Origin: an uncultured Chloroflexia bacterium
Lineage (GTDB): Bacteria > Chloroflexota > Anaerolineae > CG2-30-64-16
Direction: 5' to 3'
Assembly (NCBI GenBank): GCA_963810095.1
Contig: CAWEMM010000006.1
Span: forward strand, 1,419,353-1,483,352
DNA length: 64,000 nucleotides
In this document: in pieces, positions 19,538 to 29,456 of the stretch
Numbering within the stretch: position 1 is the first letter of the stretch
Layout of the letters: the number at the start of each line of letters is the position of its first letter
Notes under the pieces: model-generated
What the model saw: the letters and a program-made list of their open reading frames with translations, nothing else
Database searches by the model: none
Told to the model about the DNA's origin: nothing
Translations under genes and position numbers: made by a program

Positions 19538-20293
19538 GTGCTGACCAGCAAGCTCGAGGCCGCGCAGACCCGTCTCCGCGAACGCTCGTATCCCCATTTT
19601 GCCTGGCTGATCAACAAGGAGATCCCCTGGACCGCCCCCACGCGCCCGCTGCGCGAGTCTTCGGTGGCGCTGCTCAGCACCTGCGGACTGTACTGCCTGG
19701 ATAGCCAAGTGCCGTTTGATGCCTGGAACGACGCCGGCGACCCGTCGTTTCGCGAGATTCATATCGACACTCCGGTCGACCGGCTGGCGATCTCGCATTC
19801 GCATTACGATCATGAGCAGGTCAGGTCCGATCTGAACGTGGCCCTGCCCTTGGCCCGCTTCCGGCAGCTCGTCGAGGAGGGGGTGGTCGGGACGCTGCAT
19901 CCCTGGGCCTACAGCTTCATGGGCTACCTCCCCGAAGCGTTTCAACTGATCAGAAAGACGGCGCCCCAGGTGGCAAAGCGGCTGGCGGGGAGTGGGGTGC
20001 ACGCGGCCTTCCTGACCCCCTGCTGACCGATCTGCCAACAGTCCGTTGGACTGATCGCACGGGCCATCGAAGCGGAGGGCATCCCGACCGTTTGCGTCGT
20101 GATGAATCGCGACATTGCGGAGAACGTGGGCATTCCGCGAGCCTTGCACGTGCATTTTCCGTACGGCGCGCCGCTGGGGCCGGCCGCGCACGTGGAGACG
20201 CAAATGGCCGTGATCCGGGAGGCGCTCGGCCTGCTTGCCACGGCGACTGGCCCGGGGCAGATTCTGGAATCCACGGTCGAGTGGCCGGAGTGA
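19538..20293 (+). CDS. GrdB/PrdB-family (glycine/betaine/proline reductase selenoprotein B-like) selenoprotein, in-frame UGA (Sec) at 20024-20026
   Basis: GTG start after RBS GAGAGGGGG; ORF 19244..20026 and ORF 20099..20293 are in the same frame separated only by TGA; U lies in C-U-P-I-C i.e. UxxC motif; conserved-looking protein continues downstream of TGA. Confidence 0.7.
20039..20053 (+). promoter_or_regulatory. candidate bacterial SECIS hairpin (CAGUCC-GUU-GGACUG) 12 nt downstream of the UGA
   Basis: 6-bp stem with GUU triloop; position relative to UGA matches bacterial SECIS spacing. Confidence 0.55.
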
Positions 20294-20329
20294 CCGGCTT
20301 TTCTCAGTGATTCTTCAGGAGGAAGACTC

Positions 20330-20593
20330 GTGCGCGTCAGCATCGAATTCTGCGTAGCCTGAAACTACACGCCGCGGGCCGCCAGTTTGGCGGAAACTTT
20401 GGTCAACACCTTCAAGCCTTTCGTGGGCGGGAAACATCCCATCGAGTCCATCACCCTGATCCCCTCGGGCAATGGCCGCTACGAGGTCACGCTTGACGAC
20501 GAGCTGGTCTACTCAAAGGCCGCAACGGGCAAACACACGACAAACGAGTTTATCGTCGACCAGGTGCGAGCAAGACTGAAACTGCAACACTAG
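20330..20593 (+). CDS. SelW/Rdx-family selenoprotein, in-frame UGA (Sec) at 20360-20362 in C-V-A-U motif
   Basis: RBS AGGAGG 7 nt before GTG 20330; translation VRVSIEFCVAU NYTP... matches Rdx N-terminal IEYCxxU pattern; the track ORF 20387..20593 is its C-terminal part called from an internal TTG. Confidence 0.75.
20379..20393 (+). promoter_or_regulatory. candidate SECIS hairpin (CCGCCA-GUU-UGGCGG) 16 nt downstream of the UGA
   Basis: 6-bp stem with GUU triloop, same architecture as hairpin at 20039. Confidence 0.55.
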
Positions 20594-20603
20594 CCAACAA
20601 TCT

Positions 20604-21953
20604 ATGATCGACATCTCGCTGATCATCACCATCGGCGCCATCTTTCTTTTGTCGCTGACGGCCGCATATTTGCGTTCCCGAACGAGAGACCGCTGCCTGA
20701 AGTCTTGGGAAGGATTTCACGTAACGCTGGAGCGCACGAACGGCAAGCTGGTGTGGGGTGAGCTGCACGTGGTGTCGACGGGGATGGAGTTCGTCTATGC
20801 CGGGTCGGTGCAGGACGAACGCCACCTCGAGTCCTCCTATCTTCTATATGCCTCGGAGTACGCCGAGATCCAGGCGCTCTACCGCTACGTCGCCGACCTG
20901 TCGGACCAGAGCAAGCAGCAACGGCTGCGCGACATCGATTCCTCCTTCCACCCGAACCCTGCGCGCCGCCTGCGCCGCGACGCGCAGAACTTCTTCGGCA
21001 CCGCCACCGACTCCCTGAACGAAGTCATCGGCCTCGTCGTCGGCCGGGCGGGCAAAGTGGGCGGCCGCTATATCGCCGCCGACGGCACGTCCTCGATCAA
21101 GAGCCTGAGCGGCAAGGTGCTCGGCCAGGTCGGCTCGATTTACGATCCGCTCCTCGAACGCTATATTGGGAGCCGCGTCGTGATCGAGTTGCTCGAGGGC
21201 CAGGAGGTGCACGAGCATGTGGGGATCTTGCGGAATTACAGCCAGGACTTCATCGAAATTCTCGACGTGCGTTATCCGCAGCGGCGGTCGGTTGCAGTCG
21301 AGGCAGGTGGGCGGGTCGAAGGAGAGGGGTTAATCGTCGAAAAGGTGCCCGGCAGGATCCATCTGCGCAACTGCAATGACTGGCCGGTGCTGGTCCATTC
21401 GCTGGCTTATGCGGACCACGAGGAGATGATTAATGCGGTCGTCGACGGCGACGAGGAAATCGACCTGAACGTGGAAGACGTGTCCGCACAATCCGTTAAG
21501 CTGATCGTGCGCATTCCGGAAGAACTCGACTTTATCGTGCCGCGCAGCCGCTGCGTGGTGCGTCACCGGGCGGAACAGTACCGCCAGGCCGATTTCAAAG
21601 CGCTCGTCGAGGATGTCGTTTTCGACGTGGGAAGGATATTCTCGACCAGCGGCCGCGACAACGGCCACGACAATACCGAGGCGCGGCTGCGTCAAGATGT
21701 GCGCCGGGACCCGATGAACGCGGCGGCCGCGGCTAACCTCGGATTTCTCTTAATGCAGCGGGACGAGTTGGCCGAGGCTGAGAAGTGGCTGCGGCATGCG
21801 CTGCAGTTCGAGTATTCGCTGCCCGACGGCGGCCGCCGGACGCGCATGCAACTGCGCGAGATCGAACGGCGCCGCGAGGGGTTGGATGCCTATGTCCAGG
21901 GTGCGATTCAGTCCTCGCCGACCGTCATTGGAGGCGAAGGCTCGGATTTGTGA
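20604..21953 (+). CDS. hypothetical membrane-anchored protein with C-terminal helical (TPR-like) region
   Basis: 449 aa; N-terminal TM helix; no catalytic motif recognised. Confidence 0.5.
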   Translation: MIDISLIITIGAIFLLSLTAAYLRSRTRDRCLKSWEGFHVTLERTNGKLVWGELHVVSTGMEFVYAGSVQDERHLESSYLLYASEYAEIQALYRYVADLSDQSKQQRLRDIDSSFHPNPARRLRRDAQNFFGTATDSLNEVIGLVVGRAGKVGGRYIAADGTSSIKSLSGKVLGQVGSIYDPLLERYIGSRVVIELLEGQEVHEHVGILRNYSQDFIEILDVRYPQRRSVAVEAGGRVEGEGLIVEKVPGRIHLRNCNDWPVLVHSLAYADHEEMINAVVDGDEEIDLNVEDVSAQSVKLIVRIPEELDFIVPRSRCVVRHRAEQYRQADFKALVEDVVFDVGRIFSTSGRDNGHDNTEARLRQDVRRDPMNAAAAANLGFLLMQRDELAEAEKWLRHALQFEYSLPDGGRRTRMQLREIERRREGLDAYVQGAIQSSPTVIGGEGSDL

Positions 21954-21959
21954 TGTGCT

Positions 21960-22918
21960 ATGAGGAGGGATGCTTGTATGGCAGGTGAAACTTGCTGTGT
22001 GTGCGACAAGCCGATCGCCGGCGCGGCAAAGATGCTGGGGGGCCGCGCGTTTTGCGAGGAGCATTATGCCGCGTGTGGGGCAAAGCCGGCGAGGGCTGTG
22101 GCTCGCCACGGTCTTCCTGATCGTCGGGCTGGCGCTGTTCGTCACTGCCGTATTTTTCGCGGCGCCCGCGGTGCGCGACTCGCTGCAGGGTCCGGCCCTG
22201 GTCTTCGCCGGACTGCTGCTGGCGCTCGTTCCGGCGGCCATCTGGATGGTCGTGTTCTACCTGCAAGACCGGGCCGAGCCGGAGCCGAAGCGTTACGTGA
22301 TTGGCGTGTTTTTGCTCGGCGTGCTCCTGGCTGCGGCAATTGGTCAGCCATTGATCCGGGCGTTCGACGTGAACGCATGGGCCGCGCGGCAGCCTGGCAC
22401 TGCGGCTGCTGGCCGGCGTGTGCGTCATCGGCATCACGCAGGAGTTTCTCAAGTACGCGGCGGTGCGCTACACCGTGTTCGGCAGCGCGGAGTTCGACGA
22501 GCGAATTGACGGCATCATCTACGGGGCGGCCGCGGGCCTGGGCTACGCCACCTACCTGAACGTCAATTACGTCATCTCGAACGGCGGCGTGGACATTGGG
22601 ATCGGAGCCGTGCGGATCGCGGTCGTCGCGCTGGCCCAGGCGTCATTCGCCGGCGTCACCGGCTACTTCCTAGGCCGGGCCAAGTTCGAGAATCGGGGGC
22701 CGTTCTGGCTCCCGGTCGGGCTGTTTCTCGCCGCAGTGCTGAACGGGGTCGTCACGACGCTACTCAGCGAGATTACGCGCAGCGGCCTGCAGCCCACGCC
22801 GCTCAATGGCCTGATCTTTGCCGCCGTCGTGGCGGCGCTCACCTTTATCATCCTGTTCACCGTGATCCGCCGGGGTGCGCGGCCGATGCCCGCCGTGGCA
22901 GGAGGAGTGAACTCATGA
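21960..22918 (+). CDS. PrsW-family intramembrane protease-like protein with N-terminal Cys-rich zinc-ribbon; two apparent frameshifts (about 22075 and 22390)
   Basis: CCVCDKP...CEEHY in frame 0, TM region in frame 1, PrsW-like motifs QEFLKYAAV and DGIIYGAAAGLGYA in frame 2. Confidence 0.5.
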
Positions 22919-23524
22919 CCGCTGCTGCTGTCAAAATGCCTCGCAGCCGGGGCCGTGCCGAAGAGCCCGAGTGGCTGGTGTGGGCGCTGGTGCTGGTGAT
23001 GCTGGCCATCGGCCTCCTCGCACGGACGGTCGTGCTGGGTCAGACAACCACGTTCACTGCGGGCGGCGTCTCGGTTAAATACCCGGCCGCGTGGATTGCC
23101 CTAACTAAGCAGAATGACGATGACGCTGCTGACTGTGGGCCAGCCTTTTGCGGGCGGGCTTTTCCCGGCGCGTTTCGCGCTGCTGCAGATGCCGGCGAGC
23201 AGCATCAGCCGGAACGCCCAGTCGCTCGGCGACTTTGCGCTGCAGTGGTCGGACCGGGGGGCGCAGGATCTGCTGGGATACAAAGTGCTGAACATCGAGC
23301 CGGTGCAGGTGCGGGGCAAGGACGCGGTGCGGGTCGACTACGTGTACGTCGCCGAGCCGGCCCTTGCCACCCCGAACAGCATCCCCATCGTCGCGCAAGG
23401 GGCCGACATCCTCATTCCGGCGGGCGACAAGATGACGGTTGCCCGGCTCGTGGCTGCGTCCGACGAATTCGACGGCTTGGGCCAAACCTGGGACCGCATT
23501 CTCGGCTCCCTCGAGCTGCAGTAG
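22915..23524 (+). CDS. hypothetical membrane-anchored protein; apparent frameshift near 23115
   Basis: N-terminal TM segment in ORF 22915 frame, conserved-looking remainder in ORF 23114..23524 frame; ATGA overlap with upstream gene. Confidence 0.45.
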
Positions 23525-23533
23525 GAGGCGACG

Positions 23534-25111
23534 ATGAAACGTAACTACCGCACGGCAATTCTCGCCGTCCTGGTGCTGCTGAGCCTGGCGGGCACGCTGG
23601 CGGGCAGTGCGCCGCGTGCCGAGGCCGTGGACAAGGACGTCGCCCAGCGCATCCTGCGCGCATCGGTCAAGCTGCTGACCCCCATGGATGCGGACGAGAA
23701 CTCGGGGAGCCTCTGTTCGGGCAGCATGCTGGACCCGCAGGGCTACATCCTGACGAACTTCCACTGCATCGGCTATCCGACGTCGGGCCCGAAGGACCAG
23801 GAGCTGGAAAGCCTGGGCATGGAGCCCGGCGACCTGTTCAACTCGAAGGGGCTGTCGGTGGTGGCGGTGACGGACGACCCCCGCAAGCTCCCGAAGCCCA
23901 CCTATGTCGCGCAGGTCATGTCTTCCGACCCCGAGCTGGACATTGCCGTGCTTAAGGTGATTGCGTACTACAACAGCAAGCAGAAGTTGACGGACAACCT
24001 GCCGGTGATGACGATGGACGTGGCCGATTCGGAGGCCGTTGAGACGCTGGACGACGTCATCGTCGTTGGCTATCCGGGCATTGCGGGCGACACCGTTACG
24101 GCCACGGAGGGCCGTATCTCCGGCTTCATTGACGAGGACGGCGACGATAACTTCGATTGGTTCAAGACCGACGTGTTGGTGAATCAGGGGAATTCGGGCG
24201 GCTCCGCGCTGAACGCCAAGGGCGAATTGATCGGCGTGCCGACGGCCCGGCTGCAGGACAAGTCGGGCAACGTGATCTACCTGATCCGGCCGGTCAACCG
24301 GGCCGCGGCCTATATTGAAGAAGCGCACAAGGTGGGCGCCAGCGGCGGGCAGGTGGCGACAAAGCCGCCAAGCAAGCCGGCCGCGCCTGCTCAGACGAGC
24401 GGCAAGGGGACGTTCGGCGAGCCCATCTTCGGCACGGGCTTCGACGATAACGATGGGATCACCGGCGAAGCAACCACGTTCAACTCGGGCATCAAGGAAA
24501 TTCACGCGGGTCTGCCTTACGAGAACATGCGGGACGGAACCTCCTGGGGCTACCAGTGGCAGTACGAGGGCCAGGACGTGACGGGCGAGTCGGACCTGGC
24601 GTGGGAGTTCGGCCAGTCTGGCGTGGTCGACTTGAGCCTGACCGGCAAGAAGGGGCTCACGGACGGCGAGTACAGCCTGCAGGTATACCTGCGCGGCGAC
24701 CTCGTGCAAGAGACCGGGTTTACGGTCGGACGCAAGCCGGGCAACAACCGGCCGCCCCAGAAGCCGCAGAAGCCGGTGGACGAGGGTGTGACGATCACCG
24801 GCACGATCATCGACCATGCCACCCGGCGGCCCATCCGCGACGCGATCGTCGTATTCCTGAATCCGGGGCAGACGGTGGACGATTTTGATGCGGACTCGAG
24901 TGACGGCAAGACAGAGACGGTATTCGCCTACGGCGTCAGCGACGCAAAGGGGATTTACACGCTGAACAATCCGCTGCCGCGCGGCGAGGTCTACACCGTG
25001 ATCGTTGGTGCGAAGGGCTACGCCCGCATCGCCGAGGACGACGCGCTGGAGATAACGCAGGATGATCCGGACGTGATCGAGCTTGATCCGCTGGAGTTGG
25101 ACAAGCAGTAG
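23534..25111 (+). CDS. secreted trypsin-like (S1) serine protease with C-terminal beta-rich domains
   Basis: Signal peptide; His (TNFHC), Asp (DIAVLKV), Ser (GNSGGSAL) catalytic triad motifs. Confidence 0.8.
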   Translation: MKRNYRTAILAVLVLLSLAGTLAGSAPRAEAVDKDVAQRILRASVKLLTPMDADENSGSLCSGSMLDPQGYILTNFHCIGYPTSGPKDQELESLGMEPGDLFNSKGLSVVAVTDDPRKLPKPTYVAQVMSSDPELDIAVLKVIAYYNSKQKLTDNLPVMTMDVADSEAVETLDDVIVVGYPGIAGDTVTATEGRISGFIDEDGDDNFDWFKTDVLVNQGNSGGSALNAKGELIGVPTARLQDKSGNVIYLIRPVNRAAAYIEEAHKVGASGGQVATKPPSKPAAPAQTSGKGTFGEPIFGTGFDDNDGITGEATTFNSGIKEIHAGLPYENMRDGTSWGYQWQYEGQDVTGESDLAWEFGQSGVVDLSLTGKKGLTDGEYSLQVYLRGDLVQETGFTVGRKPGNNRPPQKPQKPVDEGVTITGTIIDHATRRPIRDAIVVFLNPGQTVDDFDADSSDGKTETVFAYGVSDAKGIYTLNNPLPRGEVYTVIVGAKGYARIAEDDALEITQDDPDVIELDPLELDKQ

Positions 25112-25182
25112 TGCACGCGCTGCTCACATGAGAACGACGCCGGGGCGGCCTGAAGCCGCCCCGGCGTCGTTTAAGCCGATCG

Positions 25183-25773
25183 TTACTTAAGCAGCGTGCG
25201 CTTCAGGAACTCAACGATCACATGCGTTGGGATTGCAAACCCCACGTCCGGGCCGTTGATCATGGTGTTGATCCCCAGCAGCCGGCCGCGGACGTCCACC
25301 AGTGGTCCGCCGGAGTGGCCCGGCCGCATGTGAAGGCTGACCACCAGCCAGTCTCGCATGGCCGGCCGCATCTCGGGCCACTGCCGGCCCATGCCGATGA
25401 TGACCCCCCCGGTCGCCGCCCCTGTCACGCCCCACGGGTGGCCCAGCGCCATGACCCACTGGCCGGGCCGCACCGCCCGTGAGTCGGCCAGTTGGATCGT
25501 GGGTAGCGTCTTCGCATCGATCCTCAGCGCGGCCAGGTCACAGTCCCGGTCGACGGCCAGGATCTCCGCATCGAACTCCCGTCCGCCAACCAGCTCGACC
25601 TTTAGCGGGCCGCGGCTTGCCACATGCGCGTTTGTGACAATCAGCCCCTCGGGATGCCAGATGGTCCCCGCCCCTGCGCCACGCCGCCCGTTTCGCACCT
25701 GCACCAGGCTCTTGTACACTTCGTCGACTACGTCCGCCGACTCGACATTCAACGCCTGCACCTGATCCATCAT
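25183..25773 (-). CDS. trypsin-like serine protease (HtrA-type protease domain, no PDZ)
   Basis: GHSGGPLV active-site serine motif, TNAHV histidine motif. Confidence 0.75.
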   Translation of the reverse strand: MMDQVQALNVESADVVDEVYKSLVQVRNGRRGAGAGTIWHPEGLIVTNAHVASRGPLKVELVGGREFDAEILAVDRDCDLAALRIDAKTLPTIQLADSRAVRPGQWVMALGHPWGVTGAATGGVIIGMGRQWPEMRPAMRDWLVVSLHMRPGHSGGPLVDVRGRLLGINTMINGPDVGFAIPTHVIVEFLKRTLLK

Positions 25774-25797
25774 CTCATCCCCGGTCTTCGATACGCC

Positions 25798-26716
25798 TTA
25801 CCCCTGCTCGCCGACCAAAACGCTAATCTCGGTGACCTGGCCGCCGCGCAACAGGCGAACCGGGACGGCCTTGCCGACGCGGTCACCGCCGAGCGCGGCC
25901 AGCAGGTCGTCGAGGTGCGCGGTGCGCTGGCCGTCGAGCGAGAGCAGCGTGTCGCCCATGAAGAGGCCGCTGCGTTCCGCAGGGCTGCCGGCTTCAACCG
26001 AGCCCAGCAAAAGCCCCGTCTCCTGTCCGACTTGCTCTGCTATAGCCTGCGGCAGGCGCACGGTCTGTGCGCCTACGCCCAGATAGCCCGCGCTTCACCC
26101 GCCCGTGCCGCAGCAGCGCCTCGGCCACCCGCCGGATCGTCTCGGCCGGGATGGTCAGGGTAACGTCGCGCAGCATGGCCGACGTGTTAATGCCGACGAA
26201 CTTGCCCCCGGCACTGACCAGCGGCCCGCCCGAAAAGCCCGGGTACATGAGCGCGTCCGTCTGGAGGTAGTAGTCTAGCTGCCCGCCGGCGGGCGTGCGC
26301 CAGTCCTTTTTGAGCGCGCTGATGATCCCGAGGGTCGCCATAACGCTCTGCCCCGGCCGGCCGAGCGCCAGTGCGAGGTGGCCGACATGGAGGAAGTCAC
26401 CGCCCGCCCAAGCCGGCGCCGCCAGTTCTCCGGCCGCCTGCAGACCGTCGGCGCCGATGCGGAGGAGCGCGAGGTCGGTGGTCGGATCGCGGCCGACGAG
26501 GGTCGCGGTCACCGTGCGCCCGCCGGCCAGGCCAATGCCAATGTTCTCGTCCTGCTCGACGACATGATGCGCGGTAACGATCAACCCGTCCGCAGACCAA
26601 ACGACGCCGGTCGCGGGCAGCCGCCGCCGGCCTTCCACCCGCACGATGCTCGGGCCTGCGATCTCCACTGCCGACGCCAGCGCGTCGGACACTGATGCCA
26701 ATGCTTCGCCAGTCAT
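25798..26716 (-). CDS. HtrA/DegP-like serine protease with PDZ domain; apparent frameshift near 26080
   Basis: Protease domain (TAHHV, GFSGGPLV) in ORF 25994..26716; PDZ domain in ORF 25798..26061 in another frame. Confidence 0.65.
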
Positions 26717-26819
26717 AGTTGCCTCCGGTAATGGTTTACGGCGGCAGCATACCGCTTCCGACGCGCCGGCGCATCGCTCGTTGTGGGGGGAGGGGACCTG
26801 GAAAAAAGGTTAGGGAGGG

Positions 26820-27468
26820 TTACAGGAACACGAGCCCAAGACGGGTGGCGCGAACGACGGCTTCCGTGCGACTTGCCACGCCGAGCTTGCCAAGGAGGGC
26901 GTTAACGTGGAACTTGACCGTGTGCTCGCTGATGTCGAGCCGCTGCGCGATCGTCTTGTTGGGCAGCCCCTCGGCGAGGAGGCGCAGCACTTCGAGCTCG
27001 CGGGGGGTTAGCTCTTCTATCAGGGCCGGCTCGTCGCCGCCGAACGGCGGCGCGGCTGCCGTGACCGGTGCGGCGCTCAGCACGGAGCGGAACGCGGTAT
27101 CGAACAGGGACAGACCTTCGGCTGCAGCATGCAGCCCGGCGGCAATCCGGGCTGGCGGGGCGTCACGGGCCAGGACGCGCGGGCGCGCCGGCGGCCCACG
27201 CGGCCCGGGCGTCCGGCTCGTCGTTCACCAGTGCGACGACGGGGAGGCTCTTTGGGGCCTCGGCGAGGTGGGCCAGCGCGATCTCCGGTTTCCAGCCCAT
27301 ATCCCAGAGCACCACGTCGGGCCGGTGAGCGTCCAGCTCGGCCCCCAGGTCATCGCCGGCAACCCGGCCGGCAATCGACAGATCGGGGAGGTCGGCCAGC
27401 AGGACGGCCAGGCCGGCGCGTGCCAGCGGATCGTCCGCGACGATCAGGACGCGTAGCGCGCTCATGCC
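26820..27468 (-). CDS. NarL/LuxR-family response regulator; apparent 1-nt indel near 27175 in a GCGCGCCCGCGCG run
   Basis: Receiver domain ([12 protein letters not shown]...D...) in one frame; LuxR HTH ([22 protein letters not shown]...SEHTVKFHV) in ORF 26820..27083; upstream in-frame continuation [14 protein letters not shown] links them. Confidence 0.65.
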
Positions 27469-28533
27469 GGCGCCTCGCCGGGGAGAAAGTCGACGATCAG
27501 CACGTCGGGCGGGCACCAGATGCGGAGGGGCGGCTCGGCCGAGCCGACGCCCGAGGTCACGAAGAGGTGCGTTTGACCGAAGACAAAGTGACCCTGGTCG
27601 AAGAGGCGGCCGTACTTGGAAGGCACGACGAGCGGCCCCAGGCCCGGCACGCGGATTTGGCCGCCATGATAATGGCCAGCGAAGATGGCGTTGAAGCCCT
27701 GGTCGCGCAGCGCATAGACGTTGTCGGGGGTATGCGTCAGGACGAGCTGGAGCTCGCCGGGCATGGGCTGGGGCAAGACCCACCGTTTTTCGCCCCAGGG
27801 ATGCTCGAAGCCGCTCAGCACGACGGCATGGCCGGTTCCGGTTGCCAGGCGCACGGTCTGTCCGCCGATCATGCGGACCCCGGCCGACTCTGCCGTCGCC
27901 CGGACTGCCTCGCTGCCGGCCCAGCGGTCGTGGTTGCCGATGACGCCGAACGAGCCCAGCCGGCCCGTCGCGCGGGGCAGCACGTCGCCCATCAGGGGGA
28001 TGTATTCCCGGTAGGTCACGAAGTCGCCCGTGAAAACGACGACGTCCGGCTCCGCTTCGGCCACCCGGCCCATGGCTTCGCGGAAGTAGCTCAGCGGAAG
28101 ATGGCTGTTCAGATGGAAGTCGCTCAGATGCGCGACGCGCACCGCGCGGCCCGCTCCAGCCCGAGACCGGGACCTCGTAGTGGCGCAGCACGAGGTCAGT
28201 GGTCGTCGCGGGGCGGGCGAGGTCGAGCGCGGGGCCGTGCTGGGCAACGGGCGCGGCGCCGCGGTGACGGCTGCGCACGGCGCGACGGCGGGCTTCGCCG
28301 TAGAGGGTTACGCAGAAACCGGCGGCGGGCAGCAGCACCCAGCGCGACCTGCCGATGCGCCAGCCAACCAGGCCGCTGATCCCGAGGGTGAGCAGTCCGC
28401 CCGCGCGAATCATGAAGCTCTTGAGGCGCTTGCCGCGCATCTGGATCAGGAGGCGATTGAGGACGTACAGATAGCCTGCCGAGGCCGAGACCATCGTCAG
28501 CAGCATGCTTAGGGAGCGGGTGAGGATTGTCAT
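27462..28533 (-). CDS. membrane-anchored metallophosphoesterase (calcineurin-like); apparent frameshift near 28170
   Basis: MPP motifs HLSDFHL, GDFV, GNHD, GHYH in ORF 27462..28247; TM N-terminus (MTILTRSLSMLL...) in another frame. Confidence 0.6.
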
Positions 28534-28537
28534 AAGG

Positions 28538-29456
28538 TCAGGCCACGACCGCCCGGTACGATGGGGCAAACTCGAGCGCGGTGCTGATCGTGCGGAACTG
28601 GATGTCGACGGTATCTTCGATGCGACGCGCATAGCCGCCGCCCATGACCACGGCGACGGGGATGCCGGCCTCGCGGCAGCGCTCCAGCACAAGGCAGTCG
28701 CGCCGGGCCAGGCCCTCTTTGGTCAAGGCGAGCCGGCCCAGGGTGTCGCCCGCGAAGGGATCCGCGCCGGCGAGGTAGATGGCGAAGTCTGGGCGGAAGG
28801 TGGGCAGAACGCGGTCCAGAGCGCTCGTCAGCAGGTCGAGGTACAGATTATCGTCGGCCCCGTCGGGCAACTCCACGTCCAGGTCGCTTTGCTCCTTGTG
28901 GTGCGGGAAGTTCTTGGCGCCGTGCATGGAGAAGGTGTAGATGCTCGGGTCGCCGGCCAGGAGGGCGGCCGTCCCGTTCCCCTGGTGTACGTCGCAATCG
29001 ACGATCACCGCCCGGCGCGCCCGGCCCTCGCGCTGCATGGCGCGGCGCGGCCACGACACAATCGTTGAACACGCAGAAGCCCTCGCCGTGATCGGCGAAG
29101 GCGTGGTGCGTGCCGCCGGTCAGGCTGGCGGCCAGCCCCTCTTGCAGCGCGGCCCGGCAGGCCCCCAGCGTGCTGCCCACGGAGCGCCGGCAGCGCTCGA
29201 CCAACTCGGGCGACCAGGGGAGCCCGATACGCCGCACCTCGCGGGCCGACAATTCGCCGGTAACCACCTTGTCCAGGTAACTTTGCTCGTGGGCCAGGAG
29301 CAACTCGTCGTCGGTTGCCGCGTCTGGCACGAGCATCTCGCAGCGGTCGCCCAGCTCGCGGCCGACTCGTTCACGCAGCAACGAGTACTTGGCTGCGGGG
29401 AACCGGTGGCCCTGGGGCAGCGGGTAGGTGAAGTGGTCGCAGTAAAAGACTTTCAC
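28538..29456 (-). CDS. histone deacetylase-family (AcuC/HDAC-like) deacetylase; apparent frameshift near 29045
   Basis: N-terminal part VKVFYCDHF...GGTHHAFADHGEGFCVFND in ORF 28848..29729 frame; C-terminal VIVDCDVHQGNGT... in ORF 28538..29059. Confidence 0.65.

Noticed and set aside
20024-20026. TGA at 20024 and TGA at 20360 interpreted as ordinary stops / pseudogene nonsense mutations
   Set aside because: Both fall exactly at the redox-motif position of known selenoprotein families (UxxC, CxxU), are followed by conserved in-frame sequence and by matching stem-loops; coincidence of two such events 330 bp apart is unlikely
20387-20593. Track ORF 20387..20593 as an independent 68-aa gene with TTG start
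   Set aside because: The TTG lies inside the SECIS-like hairpin and the reading frame is open and conserved upstream through a TGA to a GTG with a strong RBS; better explained as the C-terminal part of the SelW-like selenoprotein
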